Positions 38,119 to 52,119 of a stretch of 64,000 nt of DNA are shown here, in pieces; the first letter of the stretch is position 1, and each line of letters begins with the position of its first letter. The position numbers and the translations under genes are program-made. The notes beneath the pieces were generated by a model. That model was not told where the DNA came from. It ran no database searches and was given only the letters and a program-made list of their open reading frames with translations. This DNA comes from Mytilus californianus (taxonomy: Eukaryota), in contig NW_026262626.1 in assembly GCF_021869535.1 (NCBI RefSeq), positions 24,304,001 through 24,368,000 of the forward strand, in the 5' to 3' direction.

Positions 38119-39437
38119 GTATACAACCAAATTGCATTTAATGCCATTTTATTGTAAAATATTAAATATCTAAGTTTCATCGTGGTATAATATAGCTATT
38201 TTTACAGACAATAATTTTCTAAATTGGTCTGAATATTCAAATAGTAACACATGTTTTGTCGATCCGATATTTGCTCAATCACAAGTGGATTGCAATATTT
38301 GATCACCTTGAGAAAAGTAATACACCTGTTATGCATTTTCATGAACATGTTAATACCTTGTTCCAAAAGAAACATGACTCGTGCAATGACCACGAACGTA
38401 AGTATATATATGTAATATGCATATGGTTGACTTTATACAAATTGAAAGTAACAAAATAATTAGTGAGTTCAAAGTAAATAGTCATTTAATCAACTGTAAT
38501 GCCAGTCTTATGAGAAAAACAATTGCAAACTTGTTTATCGCTTATTAAGTATATTTAAAAAGTATTTTCTTATAGTATAGATAAAGGGAAATCCCTTACT
38601 CTAAAAATAGCTTAAGGATTCAATGAAAAATGCCAAAACGAAACATTTTTGTTTAAAGGTCAAACACGGAGAAATTATACTTTAATAGTATTCAGATAAT
38701 ACTATTTTAGAATATTAAACATAAAGACTTTGAAATTCAAATAAAACAAAATTGTCACTTATGCATAATTTAGTCAAACTTTGATTTCTTTCCTAACAAG
38801 AACGAACATTATAACCATTCATATGTGTGTGTAGTTCAGTGTTAACATATAATTATGATAAAAGTTGAACACAAATATGTCAGAAAATTTAGATGATGTT
38901 GTAGATAAAAATGTCATTCAAGACTAAAATGCATTGCTTACTATAAACCAAGTTTTACCCACCGTTTTCGTCGGAAAATGCCTATACGAAGTCAGGAATA
39001 TGACAGTTGATATTTACTTGTTCCGTTGATCGACAGTGTTTAATTTTGTCATTTTTATGAACTTCCCATTTTAGCCTTTGCCTTTGGGCTTTGCATTTTT
39101 GTTGTAATGTTTTACTTGTATAATGATATGTGTTAACAAAATATATGTTAAGATTTTCAATTTGCCGATTACATGCAGTAATTTCTTTATGTCATTAAAG
39201 TTAAATAGCTATACGACAAATAACAGTGTTATCTACAGAATGTGTATTTTTAAATCGATAATTCTTGTTAAAATCTGATCAACTTTTGAAACGAATAGTG
39301 TATGTTTACCAAATCAGTGGGTCATTTTCCGAAATGCTGCAGGAGACCTTAGTGTCGATGTTGGAATAACGGGTTCCAATTGAAAAGGTAAATAGATTAT
39401 AATAATGAGAAAAGTGAATATAACACCAAAACATTAC

Positions 39438-39439
<2 letters not shown>

Positions 39440-39497
<58 letters not shown>
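39440..39497. repeat. (AG)n microsatellite
   Basis: Uninterrupted AG run of ~58 bp. Confidence 0.98.
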
Positions 39498-39498
<1 letters not shown>

Positions 39499-39849
39499 AC
39501 TTTCTGTCTCAGTTGAGAATTCAATATGGAATAAATGACTACTGCTTGTAATATTTTTTTGGCTAAATCTACAATTGCCCTTTTTCTAAAATCCATATTT
39601 TAACTATGTCCCAAATGGAACTGATAGAACAGCAAAAGATAGATAAAAATGTAAATCGAAAACTGTCGTCACGAACAACAATATGTATTTTTTCAGAGAT
39701 AAAAAACACATAAATTAAATTGGTACAAATATACTAAAAATCTTCAATTTTGCCTCAAAGGGGGTATGTAATTACAGCAATGTAGCTGATTAATGTCTTT
39801 GTAGAACAAAAGATCAAAAATAAAAAAAGTACGTTGCATAGTTTAAAGT

Positions 39850-40295
39850 TGTCTCATTTACAAATAAACCACGTCTCCTTATTTTTCTCACTGACAATCA
39901 TATCACACATCATCATTTGTCTCATAAACAATCATACAACATCTCCTTATTTGTTTCATAAATAATCATACAGCATCTCCTCATTTGTCTCATAAACAAT
40001 CAAACCACATCTCCTCATTTGTCTCATAAACAATCATACAACATCTCCTTATTTGTCTCATAAACAATCATACAGTATCTCCTCATTTGTCTCATAAACA
40101 ATCACACAGCATCTCCTTATTTTTCTCATTGACAGCCATACCATGTATACCACACATCCTTATTTTCTCATAACAATCATACCACATCTACTTATTTGTC
40201 TCATTGACAATCATACAGCACATTCTTGTTTTCTCATGACAATCATACCACATCTACCTATTTGTCTCATTGACAATCATACCACATTGCCATTT
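39850..40295. repeat. 34-bp minisatellite (TTTGTCTCATAAACAATCATACCACATCTCCTCA)
   Basis: About 13 tandem units; TTTGTCTCATA recurs at 39984, 40018 and 40052. Confidence 0.9.
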
Positions 40296-41769
40296 TATAT
40301 TTTCAACCATTTTCGTTGAAATATCAATCAGCATATACTATCATGTTTAAGAATGGTATAAACAGATTGAACTGTGATTTTTTTTCTCACTAATGATACT
40401 TCAGCTATTAGGATTCGGGAAACAGAAATATAAAGAGCAGTGGAAAATTACACGCTTCAAAAATTTAAGCATTAAAACATCTAAAAATGCTAATTTGAAC
40501 TTTCACATGTTTCATGATACTCTGATGAGTAATTTCTGCGGAAAATGTGACCGATTGTCATTATATGTAAGCCTGTATAAATAAACGTTTAACAGAAAGT
40601 TGATGAGAGACCAATGTGAATGTTCACATGAACTCTGATAACAAATACCAGGCCGCTATATATATATCAGTAGTTATTGATGAAAATGACCAATATGCCA
40701 TAATGTGCAAGAACATTTACGTAATCAGTTGAAGTGCAGGGAATCTGGTACCATGTTACACAGTCAAATATTCTCACATATAGCTTGGTAATAAAATTTC
40801 ACATAGCTCTGATTTTTTTATCCTAAATGTGACAAAAATGTCTTTAACAGAAGAGAAGATATAGACGTGCGAATAGACGCATGAACGGAGAGACGGGGAG
40901 TAAAACAATGTATCTTCTGCTTCGGAATGAGGAGAGTATAACCAGCAAACAAATAACTAGAATACACCCGTTTTCAGCTTTCGTAAATTCATGATGTCCT
41001 TTTGCTTCAGAATGTTCATCGTTTATGCTTGTTTTATTTTGATATTTTCTAGAATAATGTTCAAACCTAAATGGATTCTGAACTAGTCCAAATTTTTGTA
41101 TTAGGGGCCAACTGAAGTTCACATCTATTTTATTGCCTGTATACTGCTTTCAAACTATCTAGCTACCTATCAAGAACTATTAAATTATATGATTTCAAAA
41201 TCACCAAAGGAACACTTTTGACAAAATCCTTTTTGTAATCGTAATTTTTGCTACAGACATTTTGTATTAGACTTGGCTAAAAATAGAATTGAAAAGTATT
41301 TCTTATCAAATGTTTACCTGTTCAAATGAATTAAGACATGCATAGATATTGTAATGAATGAGATTTAAAAATATTGATTTCTTCTCCTTGCAAACGACCT
41401 GCAAATCTTTATCATTCATTTATATATCTTTAACAAAATGACATCATATAGGAGAAGGTTTGCAAGTATATCAAATACATGATATGTAAAGTGTATTTGC
41501 AGTTCAAAGAGGTACGTTCAAGTTTCTACATCAGAAATCTAATATATATTCTTTGCATCCTGTTAACATAACTTGGTCTAGTTGGCAAGAATAAAGATAT
41601 ACAAGAAGGCCTGTGCAGGCAATGAATATTATTATTACATAATTAGAAATAATCTTCTGAAATTTGTATTATAGAAAGATGATCAAGATACAAAAGGCAT
41701 AGATGTACAAACAAAATAACCATAGACATTAGTTTCAACAGTTATTTAACTATGAGTATTATTTTAAAA

Positions 41770-41975
41770 GAGGGGCGAAAGATACCAGAGGGACAGTCAA
41801 ACTCATAAATCGATAATAAACTGAAAATGCCATTAAAAAATAGAAAAAACAAACAAACAATAGTACACATAATACAACATAGAAAAAAAAAAAGACTTAC
41901 CAACACGAACCCCACCATAAACTGGGGTTGATCTCAGGTGCTCCAGAAAGGTAAGCAGATCCTGCTTAACATGTA
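41770..41975 (-). repeat. Family B 3' fragment
   Basis: AAAAGAGGGGCGAAAGATACCAGAGGGACAGTCAAACTC...GATCTCAGGTGCTCC as at 35150-35740. Confidence 0.7.
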
Positions 41976-42588
41976 TGATAAATAACAGAAATAATGGAAT
42001 AGAGAGATATTATTAAGGTTTCAAAGAAAACCTAGGAGAGAAAGAGGAAAGACGGGAACGACTTCATTTTATTAATGCTGCTTTTAAGTTATTTTATATT
42101 CAACAACATAGCTAGATTTATATATTTTTTTTAAAATTTGCATGCATGGTATTTTTGTATTTTTTTTACAATACCTCTATTATTTGCACTTTTAGCAGTT
42201 TAAATTGGACATTCAATTATAGAAAGATCTTTCACATTCGCCTGCGCGGGGATCGTGCGATGTGTTACTGCTCAACAACCTGTGTAATCCTCAATGTTAG
42301 ACAAAGGAGTTTAAATCTCAATATATTCCAATCATTAACACTTCGACGTATTTATTGAATCTGGTCAAGACAATACGAAATTTTGATAGCGAGCACACCT
42401 GGTCTGGTAATATGTATAGACAAACAATTGTATTTCTTAATAATTACCAGACCAACACGAGTGATAATATAAATATATTCCGTTAAAAGGTAATGACATT
42501 ACCCAAATGAATTGAATGTTCAGCTAGTTGTATAATATTCTCTTTATTTCTAATCTTTTTAGAAAATGAAAAGAAGAATTCTTCAGTA

Positions 42589-42624
42589 ATGAATGTCATA
42601 TTTATCTTCCTTGTTTTCGTTCAG
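42589..42624 (+). CDS. Membrane-receptor gene exon 1: signal peptide
   Basis: MNVIFIFLVFVQ|GTATGA, phase 0, continuing as VLSLNG in the next exon; acceptor tttttag| at 42562. Confidence 0.75.
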
Positions 42625-43179
42625 GTATGAATACTTAAGATTTGATCCTTAAATTTGAGTTTGTGTTTTCCAATTCTAAATCTCAATATTTCGAAATATT
42701 TGGACCTTACAGAATTGTTTGGTACTTAAAGATATTATGTTTCTTTTTCGATTTGTACATTGCATTCGCTTATTCTATGAGTTTTCAGCTTTCTCAATTC
42801 AAAATGAGGTCTAGGTCAAAATTTCACAGATGCCAAATGCAGGTTTATGCTAGAAGAAAAAATGACCTCATAGCTCGTGTAGTTACAATTTAGTACTTAA
42901 AATTTGTGTAATTATAAGATGTTTAACAACAAAAAAGGGATCTGCTCTCATAAACGATATATAAATAATTTCATAGTACCATGGGGAAGATTTATCAGGT
43001 ACAGATTTCAAACATATGCATGTTTCTAAACATCAGAAAAATTACATTTTTTAGATATTCCTAATTTGAATGGGCAATTGCTTACATGTAAAATTATTTT
43101 AACATTACGCTGTGTTCTTACAAATACTATATATACTACACACTGGTGCAGTAAAATTGGTACCGTTAATGTTATAACT

Positions 43180-43450
43180 ATTACTTGGATCGATATATCG
43201 AGTATCGCTGAAGAGAACTATATGTCATATGTCGCAATGCACATCTGGTGCAGTAAAATGGTATCGTTGATGTTAATACTACCAATTGATCCATAAGTTT
43301 GTTGATGTTAATACTACTTAAAGATCGATACGTTTGATGATGCTTATAATACCAAAAGATCGATACGTTTGTTGATGTTAATACTACCAAAAGATCGATA
43401 CGTTTGTTGATGTTAATAGTACCAAATGATCGACACCTTTGTTGATGTAT
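43180..43450. repeat. 35-bp minisatellite (GATCGATACGTTTGTTGATGTTAATACTACCAAAA)
   Basis: GATCG recurs at 43323, 43358, 43393 and 43428. Confidence 0.85.
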
Positions 43451-43685
43451 TGTTTGTCCCCAAAGGGAATAAACAGTCCTTTGGTACAGCCATGAATATA
43501 CGAAATTGGGTTGTGTTTTTAATTTTTATGTTATAAAGTTATCTGAATCAATTCAAATTATAGAATAAATCTCCCTCACACTTCTTGTTCCGTCTCTCGA
43601 TTTTGCTCTACATTATATCGGCATTAGGTTTCATCATTATAATCTAGATTAAACTATTAATATATTTTAATTTATTTTTTTATAG

Positions 43686-43857
43686 GTATTGTCCTTGAAT
43701 GGAGCATTCGAATTCTCTTGTCCAACGAAGGCACACTGGTGGTTCCGGGCCAAATCGATGTGCAAGTCTCCAAGTTCCTATATATGCTTATATGACGTGA
43801 CTTTTCGAGTAAATGTATACAAAGATAAATGTTATAGACCTAGAATTCTAGCTCCTG
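43686..43857 (+). CDS. Membrane-receptor exon 2: Cys-rich ectodomain, part 1
   Basis: tatag|VLSLNGAFEFSCPTKAHWWFRAKSMCKSPSSYICLYDVTFRVNVYKDKCYRPRILAP(G)|GTATGT; phase 0-1; 4 Cys. Confidence 0.85.
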
Positions 43858-44224
43858 GTATGTCATTTAAAACTTATCTATATTTGAACATTGTTAAACT
43901 TTCAGTAGAAACCTTTATATTCAGTGTTTTTCATCTACAACGGACTCGTTTCTTTCACCCCTCTTTTGAAACACTCTATAAAGAATAGTTAACAAATACA
44001 ATCTTCTGTTTTCAGATAACAGCATTCTTATCAAAGATTAAAGAAAATAGTTTTTGGTTCAAAATATAGCAGTCATTCGTTACTATTACGCGTATTCATT
44101 ATCTCTGGGATAAGTTAAATTTAATATACCCGATTTTTATAATGACAGATAAATTCAAATGATATTTTCCAATTTTCAATCATAGAGTCATGTATACTGA
44201 TCACTAATTAAGTATTATTTGTAG

Positions 44225-44530
44225 GATATAAATACGTTTATCAGCCAAACTTGAATAGGGCATCATGCAATGTTACTCGATATCAGCCTTTTATTTTTGA
44301 TACGATTGGGAGCAGCGATTGCACGTTTCTGAAATCTGTTTGCAACAGTGAAGGCCAATCGACGTATGACAACGGCACCACAAAATCCGACAGAACATGC
44401 AAGTGTAATACCGATAGAGGATATACATATGTGAAGGAGCCTAAAAACCATAACTACTGTAATCCCTCAAATGAAGATTGCTCTTGTCATATGGGCACTA
44501 ATCCAAAGAAAAACACAATTGGCTCGATAG
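44225..44530 (+). CDS. Membrane-receptor exon 3: TNFR-like Cys-rich ectodomain
   Basis: tgtag|(G)YKYVYQPNLNRASCNVTRYQPF...SDC..KSVCNSEGQ..DNGT..SDRTCKC...YCNPSNEDCSC...GSI|GTAAAA; phase 1-1; 8 Cys; N-glycosylation sequons NVT and NGT. Confidence 0.88.
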
Positions 44531-45490
44531 GTAAAATAAAACGTTTGTTTTCGAAATTTATTAATTTCAAAAGTGTAAAATACTGCAAAGCAATAGAAAT
44601 CTCAATTATGGAAGGTAAACAGGATATTTTGGATTGTTTCCATATGTGGCAATGATGGGGCTTCTTTCTTAGATTTTAACTTATTTTCAAAATATTACCA
44701 TGTGCATATTTCATTTTAAAAATTTTTTTAATCGATACATTGCAATATTTAAAAAAAGGTATATTACACGTTCACTTCATAGAAAAACGTCAAAGATATC
44801 ATTGGCCAAGACTTGCTTCCTTTCATTTTTACAAAAGCCTTTCCGTGACTTGTGTGGAGCTATGAATTTCATTTGAGAAAAGAATGAGAAAATATGCATT
44901 TTGGCATAGTTTTTTTCATGTTGACCATGTGTTTAATTCTGTTTATTCAACGAGATGATATTGCTATTTTCATGAAATCTTAAATATAATCAATCGTGCA
45001 AAGATAACTCATTAATAAACATAATTTGGTAAATAAAGTGTTCGATAGTTTATCGGTGTCTTTTTGATAATCAATTCTGAATAATTCACAGCGTATGATT
45101 ATGTTGATTGTATTTATCCAATTGAACTTTAAGTAACGAGTTCTTATCTAAAAACAATTACGACTGCCTCATACCATGAAATAAAAAAATACATCTTATG
45201 AAGGGGTTTTGTTGATATTTCAATTTTACCATCAAAGAGATAAATACACTCTTCCCGTTTTGAAGTTTCAACAATTATTAAGCAAAATCGATAATAAAAA
45301 TCATATGGAGCTTTTAATATCTTTTAAGTGATTCGACATTCTAGATCTGGCATTTTTGTCAGTATTGCCCTAATAGAGGGTTTCTGTTTACAAGCTAGCT
45401 ACCAAAAGGTAGATCTGAAATTACCCTTAAGATAATTTCTGCGATTTTGTAAAGATGACTTTGTTGACGTAACGAAATTCTTTTTCGCAG

Positions 45491-45545
45491 ATTTTAAATA
45501 CTATGAAGAAATAAACATAACACCAAGCCAGTCACGTGGAAATAC
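45491..45545 (+). CDS. Membrane-receptor exon 4 (stalk)
   Basis: ttcgcag|(D)FKYYEEINITPSQSRGN(T)|GTAAGT; phase 1-2, fits both neighbours. Confidence 0.7.
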
Positions 45546-47068
45546 GTAAGTTCAATTTTATTCAATCCTTAAATCATATCAATTTTCAGGTGTCGTCTAT
45601 TTATGCTTATTCAATATTCGATATGTCTACTTCAGTTCACAAGTTAGACTACATGGCATTTCAAAAACATAGAAATACATACATGTCGTCATTATGCTCA
45701 AATGAACAAGTCCTTCTGTATCATTGGTATTCATATTTTATAAGTAAACCTATCTATAATAGTTATAGGGTGGTCGGAATTAAGGATTACTGGTTATAAA
45801 CAGTCAAAAATAGTTAAAATATTAGCGTTCTTCTTGATTATCTTTCCTTCCACTTTGAATAACCACCATATGGAAAATGTAATACGAAGTATTGAATAAA
45901 ATAACTTCCATCATGTATAGACATTGTCTTTTAAGAACACTATATCAACATATGATCTACAAGGTTGCCATAACATGACCGGCAATTTGAGTCCTCGATG
46001 CTCTTCAACTTTGTACTTTATTTGGCTTTTAAATTTTTTTTTTGATTCGAACGTCACGTCACGACACTGATGAGTCATTTGAAGACGAAATGTATGTCTG
46101 GCGTGCAAAATTTCAATCTTGGTATCTATGATGAGTTTATTTCACTACAAAATACTGAAACAAAACAAACGATAAACACCCTCGAAGTATATCGAGTAAA
46201 ATAGTGTCTACAAATTGCAAGTAATTCGGTAGGTATGCATAGCAATTTAGACAAACAAACTAGCCGAAAGAGAAAAATGAAGAAGTATGTTTACTTTTTG
46301 TTCTAATATTGTAATTTACATATTTGACATACTGGGGAAAGTCGAACGCTTACAAATACATGAAATTAGATAACCTCTGCTAGATTCGTCACGTGTTTAT
46401 CCCAAACCAGAAGCCTGTTATACAGTTGTTGTCATTGGTTCGTGTCTGTCAAATTTTTTTCTCGTTAAATGTAATGTTATAAATCTATATAAAAGAAGAA
46501 TGTGGTATGATTGTCTTTGGGACAACTCTCAACAATAGACCAAATGATACAGAAATTTAAAACTATAGGCCACCGTAGGCCTTCTACAAAGAGCAACAAC
46601 GAACGTTTGTATGCCATGTCGGGGTACTCTGTGACTGCCTTTACGTATAAGGTAGGCATTGATTATGCTCATTGTAAAAGGCCGTATGGAGAACAAAAGT
46701 TGTTTATATATATGTCATTTTAAATTAATTAGATATTACATGTGGCAACTATACCACATCACCTCTTATAAGTGCCATCTTAAAGTAATACATCATAACT
46801 GTGAAAATGTATAAGTAGCTGAAGCCTATATATGTAAACATATAATAATAATATCAGTCCGCAATTCACGAGAGTGAAAAAATACCCAGTGCGCTTGAGT
46901 TTAAGAATTTGAGAGTTTGAGACACCAAAGTCCGAAATAGATAATCTGCCGCCCTCTATTAATCGAAGTTTGAGTGGACGTAAATAAAAAATATATAGAA
47001 CTTAAAGTCAAGTTTCTTATTTTTTTTCAACAAATTTAGCAAGTAACCTTATTAATATGTCTTTTTAG

Positions 47069-47139
47069 GTTTAATATGTCCAAAGAAATAAAGATTTTTG
47101 ACTTCGACAATTACAAATACAATATAGCTTGTCCTACAC
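47069..47139 (+). CDS. Membrane-receptor exon 5 (stalk)
   Basis: tttttag|G FNMSKEIKIFDFDNYKYNIACPT C|GTAAGT; phase 2-1; the only open frame is the phase-compatible one. Confidence 0.7.
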
Positions 47140-47369
47140 GTAAGTTTAAACTTGATAAGGCAAACAAGCATATATAGTGGTGCAAAAAATATAAGCAGTA
47201 TTAAAGCAGGATAAATACTGATAAGATCTTATATGGGTGTAAAGTGTACTTTGAGAATACAAATCACTTTTGGTTAGTCTACAAACATGACAAACATATA
47301 AACAAAGTCATATACGACTTTTTCCATTAATTTTCGATTTCTCAAATTTTCAAAAAACTTACATGTGTA

Positions 47370-48070
47370 TAACAATTTCGATACTGTCAGGCCATTACAG
47401 ATGGCATTTTGTGGAATTAACATTAATGCGCCCATAGGGTCTACGCATTGGAAATAAACACATTTTTTCTACAACAAATTGTGGACATGATACGGGTTAT
47501 GTTCTTTTCGTAAATTTTGTAATGGTACGATATTAAACCCATAGCGGGAGGGATTGTGCTTGATTTTCAAACGATGAATACATAACCTTTCATTAAGGTT
47601 AATTGAGGTCTGGAGCTGGCATGTCAGTAACTGCTAATTGTCCTTTATTAACTTATGTTGATCATTATCAATTTGCCTAGGTTTTTCTTTTACCTATTTT
47701 AACATCGGACTCTAACTTCTTTTAAACTGAGTTTTACTGTGCGTATTGCTGTTTATTTGTTTATTCTACATTGGCTAGAAGTATATGCGGAGGGTTGAGA
47801 TTTCATAAAACATGTTTAATCTCGCCACATGTTGGCGACTTTCAGTAACATCTGGCCTTTGTTAGTCTTGTGTGTTTTCTTTTAATTTTGGTTTATTTAT
47901 ATGTTTCGTGTGTTCATTTTCCCTGAACTAGTACACATTTTTTTCGGGAGTCAGCTGACGCCCGCCTGCGGTTGTAGAATGTTCTTTCTGTGTTGGTGGC
48001 CTAGGGCTGTTTTCTGCTCTTTGGTTGGGTTGTTGTCATATTGATACATTCCCCGATTTCATTCTCAATT
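47370..48070 (+). repeat. Family A copy, diverged
   Basis: Colinear with 5190-5910 (GAGGTCTGGAGCTGGCATGTCAGTAACTGCTA etc.). Confidence 0.7.
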
Positions 48071-48794
48071 AGATGCTTTGCTAGATTTTGAAATTCAGTA
48101 ATCATGTTATAAATTTTATCGAAGTCCATTTATTGATAGCATGGAAAGGTTGACATGAATTCAAGAATTATGATAGATTTTTCAAAGAATGTAACAGTTT
48201 CAGCTATTCTGAAATATTTCCTTACATAGCCGTAGATGATTTGGATGGTCGTATGACTTTGCTGAGCCATGCCATAGAATGTTAAACAAACCTGATTTTT
48301 TTAAGTATTTTTCTAGAATCAATCTAATATCATATAATGCAAATTAATGAATTTTTACATCTATTTTCAATCTTACGAAAAATAAACCGAAACACCAATA
48401 TACAACACTACAATAATTGATCACTCTGCTTGAAAATGTTGGTGGTCCTAAACATATTTTTTTTTCAGTTTATATGAAATAACTTATCAACTACTTATAG
48501 TTAGCAGCAATTATGCAAAATGGTTTTGGAAGAACATATCTTGCTTAATATTTCGATCTGCGGAAAATTTTAACGGTAAAAAAGGATATATTTCTATCAT
48601 TTATTAGGAATGTTTTTTGATTTGTTAATTTCTGCCGTTAGTGTTGATTCATTGGTTATTATTGACAATATCGTCTTATACAACTGATTTTGATGCATTC
48701 TGGTAACTTTATATGCGCCAGATGAAGTGTGAAATACTATCTTTAGAACCCCTTCAGGTTGCTAATAAATCGGTAAGATGGCTGTATCATTTGC

Positions 48795-49145
48795 CATATT
48801 TGAATACATGCATATTTGAATATTTGAAAACATACATATTTGAATATTTGAACACATTCTTATTTGAATATTTGAACACATACATATTTGATTGACTAAT
48901 TGAAAACATACATATTTGATTGACTAATTGAAAACATACATATATACATATTTGAATACATACACATATACATATATTTGAATACATACATATATTCATG
49001 TATTTGAATACATGCATATTTGAATATTTGAAAACATACATATTTGAATATTTGAACACATTCTTATTTGAATATTTGAACACATAAATATTTGATTGAA
49101 TAATACATATTTGAATACATACATATCTACATATTTGAATACAAA
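48795..49145. repeat. ATATTTGAATAC-type minisatellite with a higher-order duplication
   Basis: Short units; block ~48797-48890 is repeated at ~49003-49095. Confidence 0.85.
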
Positions 49146-49245
49146 TATGGTGTGCACTAAACTATGTAAAATATATCAATTATAACATTGAATCTTTAAA
49201 AGTAGACCAATGCACTCAATTTCTATGTATTTTGTATTATTGCAG

Positions 49246-49302
49246 AACAATATCGTACCAAAGCAATCGTATGTGTTTTAATATCAGTTGCATTGTCCCT
49301 CG
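49246..49302 (+). CDS. Membrane-receptor exon 6: start of transmembrane helix
   Basis: ttgcag|(Q)QYRTKAIVCVLISVALSL G|GTAAGT; phase 1-1. Confidence 0.75.
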
Positions 49303-52119
49303 GTAAGTTAATTGAAATAAATATATATCAATTATGATTTTGAATCACTTATACGTTTTTTCTTTCACCTAAAAGAAAAGTTTCATCGAATGATCTCAAC
49401 GTAACGTATATTTTCAATTCAACCCTAAAATTTGATTCAGATAAATTTTTAAATACAGTGTAAGTGTAAACCGATCTGTTAGATTGATTGATCTATAACA
49501 AAATATGTGTATTATCGGTGGAAAAAACACCTCACTAAAATAAATATTTTTTTCTTTAACAATGAACTCAAGGTTCCATAAAAACTGTAATATTTCTGTT
49601 CTTGCAGTGTATTGTTTATTGTATGCCTTTATATTGTTATTTTTATTAAAAAAGTACTACATTCTTAACCATTTCAACATCATATGAATTTTTCTCAACA
49701 TATGTATTTTTCTCAACATATGAATAACATTCTTTATGCATTATTCACAGTCGAAACCTAATTACCATGGTCTTTACCAAATATAGAAATATTACGATCA
49801 TCCTTTTGATTCGAATTCAAGAATTGAATGACAATTTAATTGTTGTTTTAATTCTGTAAATTATGATTATATAGCATAAGCTAGTATATAAACAAATAAG
49901 GAACATAAATGTCAATCTTACCCGGTTGTGAATCTTTAGCTCTTCATGTAATGAAATTATTATACATTCTTGGCTTTTAAAAATTCCAGTTTGAGCTTTC
50001 CCGATAGAGGTAAATACAGAAAAGCGCTTCGGATGCATGAAATTTATAACTTGTTGTTTTAATTTTTTTAGCCGTTAAAATCCAATTCTTTCTTTTATTG
50101 TTTAAGCTTTTAACCTTCTGATATAATGTGTTTTGATTTTTAAGCTTCATTTCTTGATGAATGTAATGAATAAAAAACCATGTTTTTTTTTCTGTCTCGT
50201 TTCCTCATTCCAGTAAACTAAATATCTACATTTGTCTATATCAATTATAATATTAAATCTTTTTATCACTTACATATGAATAAGAAGATGTGGCACGAAT
50301 GCCAATGAGACAATTATCCATCCAAGTCACAATATATAAAAAGTAAGCAATTATTGATCAAAGTATGGCCTTCAACACAGAGCCATGACTCACAAAGAAC
50401 AGCCAGCTATAAAGGGCCACAAAAGAACTAATGTGAACAATTCAAACAGGAAAAACCAACAGTCTAACCTATATAAAAACGAGAAACACGTATGAACCAC
50501 ACCAAAAAAAAAAAAACGACAACCACTGAACAACAGGCTCCTAATCTATTTTATGTTTATGATCTTTAACTATGTTTATCACTCATAGTCTAAACTATGA
50601 TTATTATCTAATCATTGATAACATCCTGCTTATAACCTATTCCAATTGCATATCCGCATAACTCTCATGTTCATATAATAAATCATATCGTCTGTCCCTT
50701 TGCCTTTATCATCCTGTTGTGTTGCTCAAAACTTTTCGTATCAAGACTTTCAGAAGTGAGCTCAACGTATCAGCGATGTCGTATCGTTTGAGGAGGCCTT
50801 ATCAACAACGTCACAGTGTGTTGGATAGCACGATAAACAGAGAATCGGTAGATACATGTTTTGAAAAATATCAGCCGCTCGACATAATATGACGCTTTTT
50901 TGTTCGTTCGTTGTGCCCAGTTTAAAAAGTTTCATTTTGTGCTTGTGGCTGATATTTAACGATATCAATGTGTAGAACACCTGATAACATGTATAACATT
51001 TAAATTTTACACACATATATTGTATTACAAAAACACAATAAAGATATGAACCAATATTTTATAAGCAATTTTTTTTATCAATTGCTTTTTAAATTAATTG
51101 AAAAAAAAAATAATAGTTTTTTGGGTTGCTTTTATTTCCATATGTAGCAATCTAATGTTAAATACCACGTTAACATGTTTAATAAAAGATTTTATTTTCC
51201 AGTCGGTGTTGTTGGAACTTATATTCTAGAGAGAAATATACGACAACATTTTCCAATCCATAGTAAGTGCATAATATATTGATACTCTTATTAGTATATT
51301 TCTTTTAATGGTTTAAAGTCATACTTTTCGGGGGTTTTCTGGATCATGAATGACTATACGCTAGTCTTTTGTCATAGTGTTCATCATGTAATATACCTTA
51401 ACATATAACTAGTGCAAAGATATCCAGCAATTCTCTTTATGAAAAGCTATCCTGCAATTCATTATACTGCAAATGCGTTCGAAAAACTACTTGAGCGACA
51501 CTTTTATTTTTTTTTCAAAATCATGTTTTTTGACGTTTTTGGTTCAAAAAAAAATTTCTATAGAAAATCAAAATCGTGTTGAGGATTTCAATAAATTGCA
51601 ATATATTTAATCCCAGACATTATTCATATTTCCGTCTATTCATTCCAGATTTGCGAGTTTCCTACTCATATTAACAACTGAAAAATGTAAAATTTTGGTT
51701 TAAATTAATTTTCACGTGCAATACAGACTAATTAGCTTTAGAACCCTTTTTGCAAATGTTTTACTTTTCTTTTGCCTTACTTTGATAACAAAAAATGCAC
51801 CCATCATCTAATGAAAATAAAGCGAAAGCCACTGATACAAACAGGGCGTATTACAATCATACAACTTTGTTTTACAAAACATTTGTTAAAATATAGATAA
51901 CAGCATTTACTCACTTAACATAGACATATTGTAATTTTAAGAAACTACTTCAAAGAATGCTGAGAGTATGGAAAGTCATTTCACAGTATGATTGGGACAA
52001 TTATTTCTAGTGAAAAATAATGTTAGAAACTACTACATAAGATATAATTTGGATTTCAGGCGTAAACATTACTAAGGTTCGAACAATGGAATCTTTGAAA
52101 ATATAAGATGAGTCTGCTG

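Noticed and set aside
39306-39596. ORF with an SLSLSL run
   Set aside because: Translation of the (AG)n microsatellite.
43180-43450. 35-bp repeats as a CRISPR array
   Set aside because: Units are head-to-tail with no unique spacers, there are no cas genes, and the context is eukaryotic; the same applies to the 34-bp and 21-bp arrays.
48713-49083. ORFs 48713..48895 and 48787..49083
   Set aside because: Translations of the minisatellite.
49608-49685. Possible second TM exon (VYCLLYAFILLFLLKK...)
   Set aside because: Good acceptor and plausible continuation, but no phase-1 donor found and the frame stops at ~49685; not listed as a feature without cDNA.
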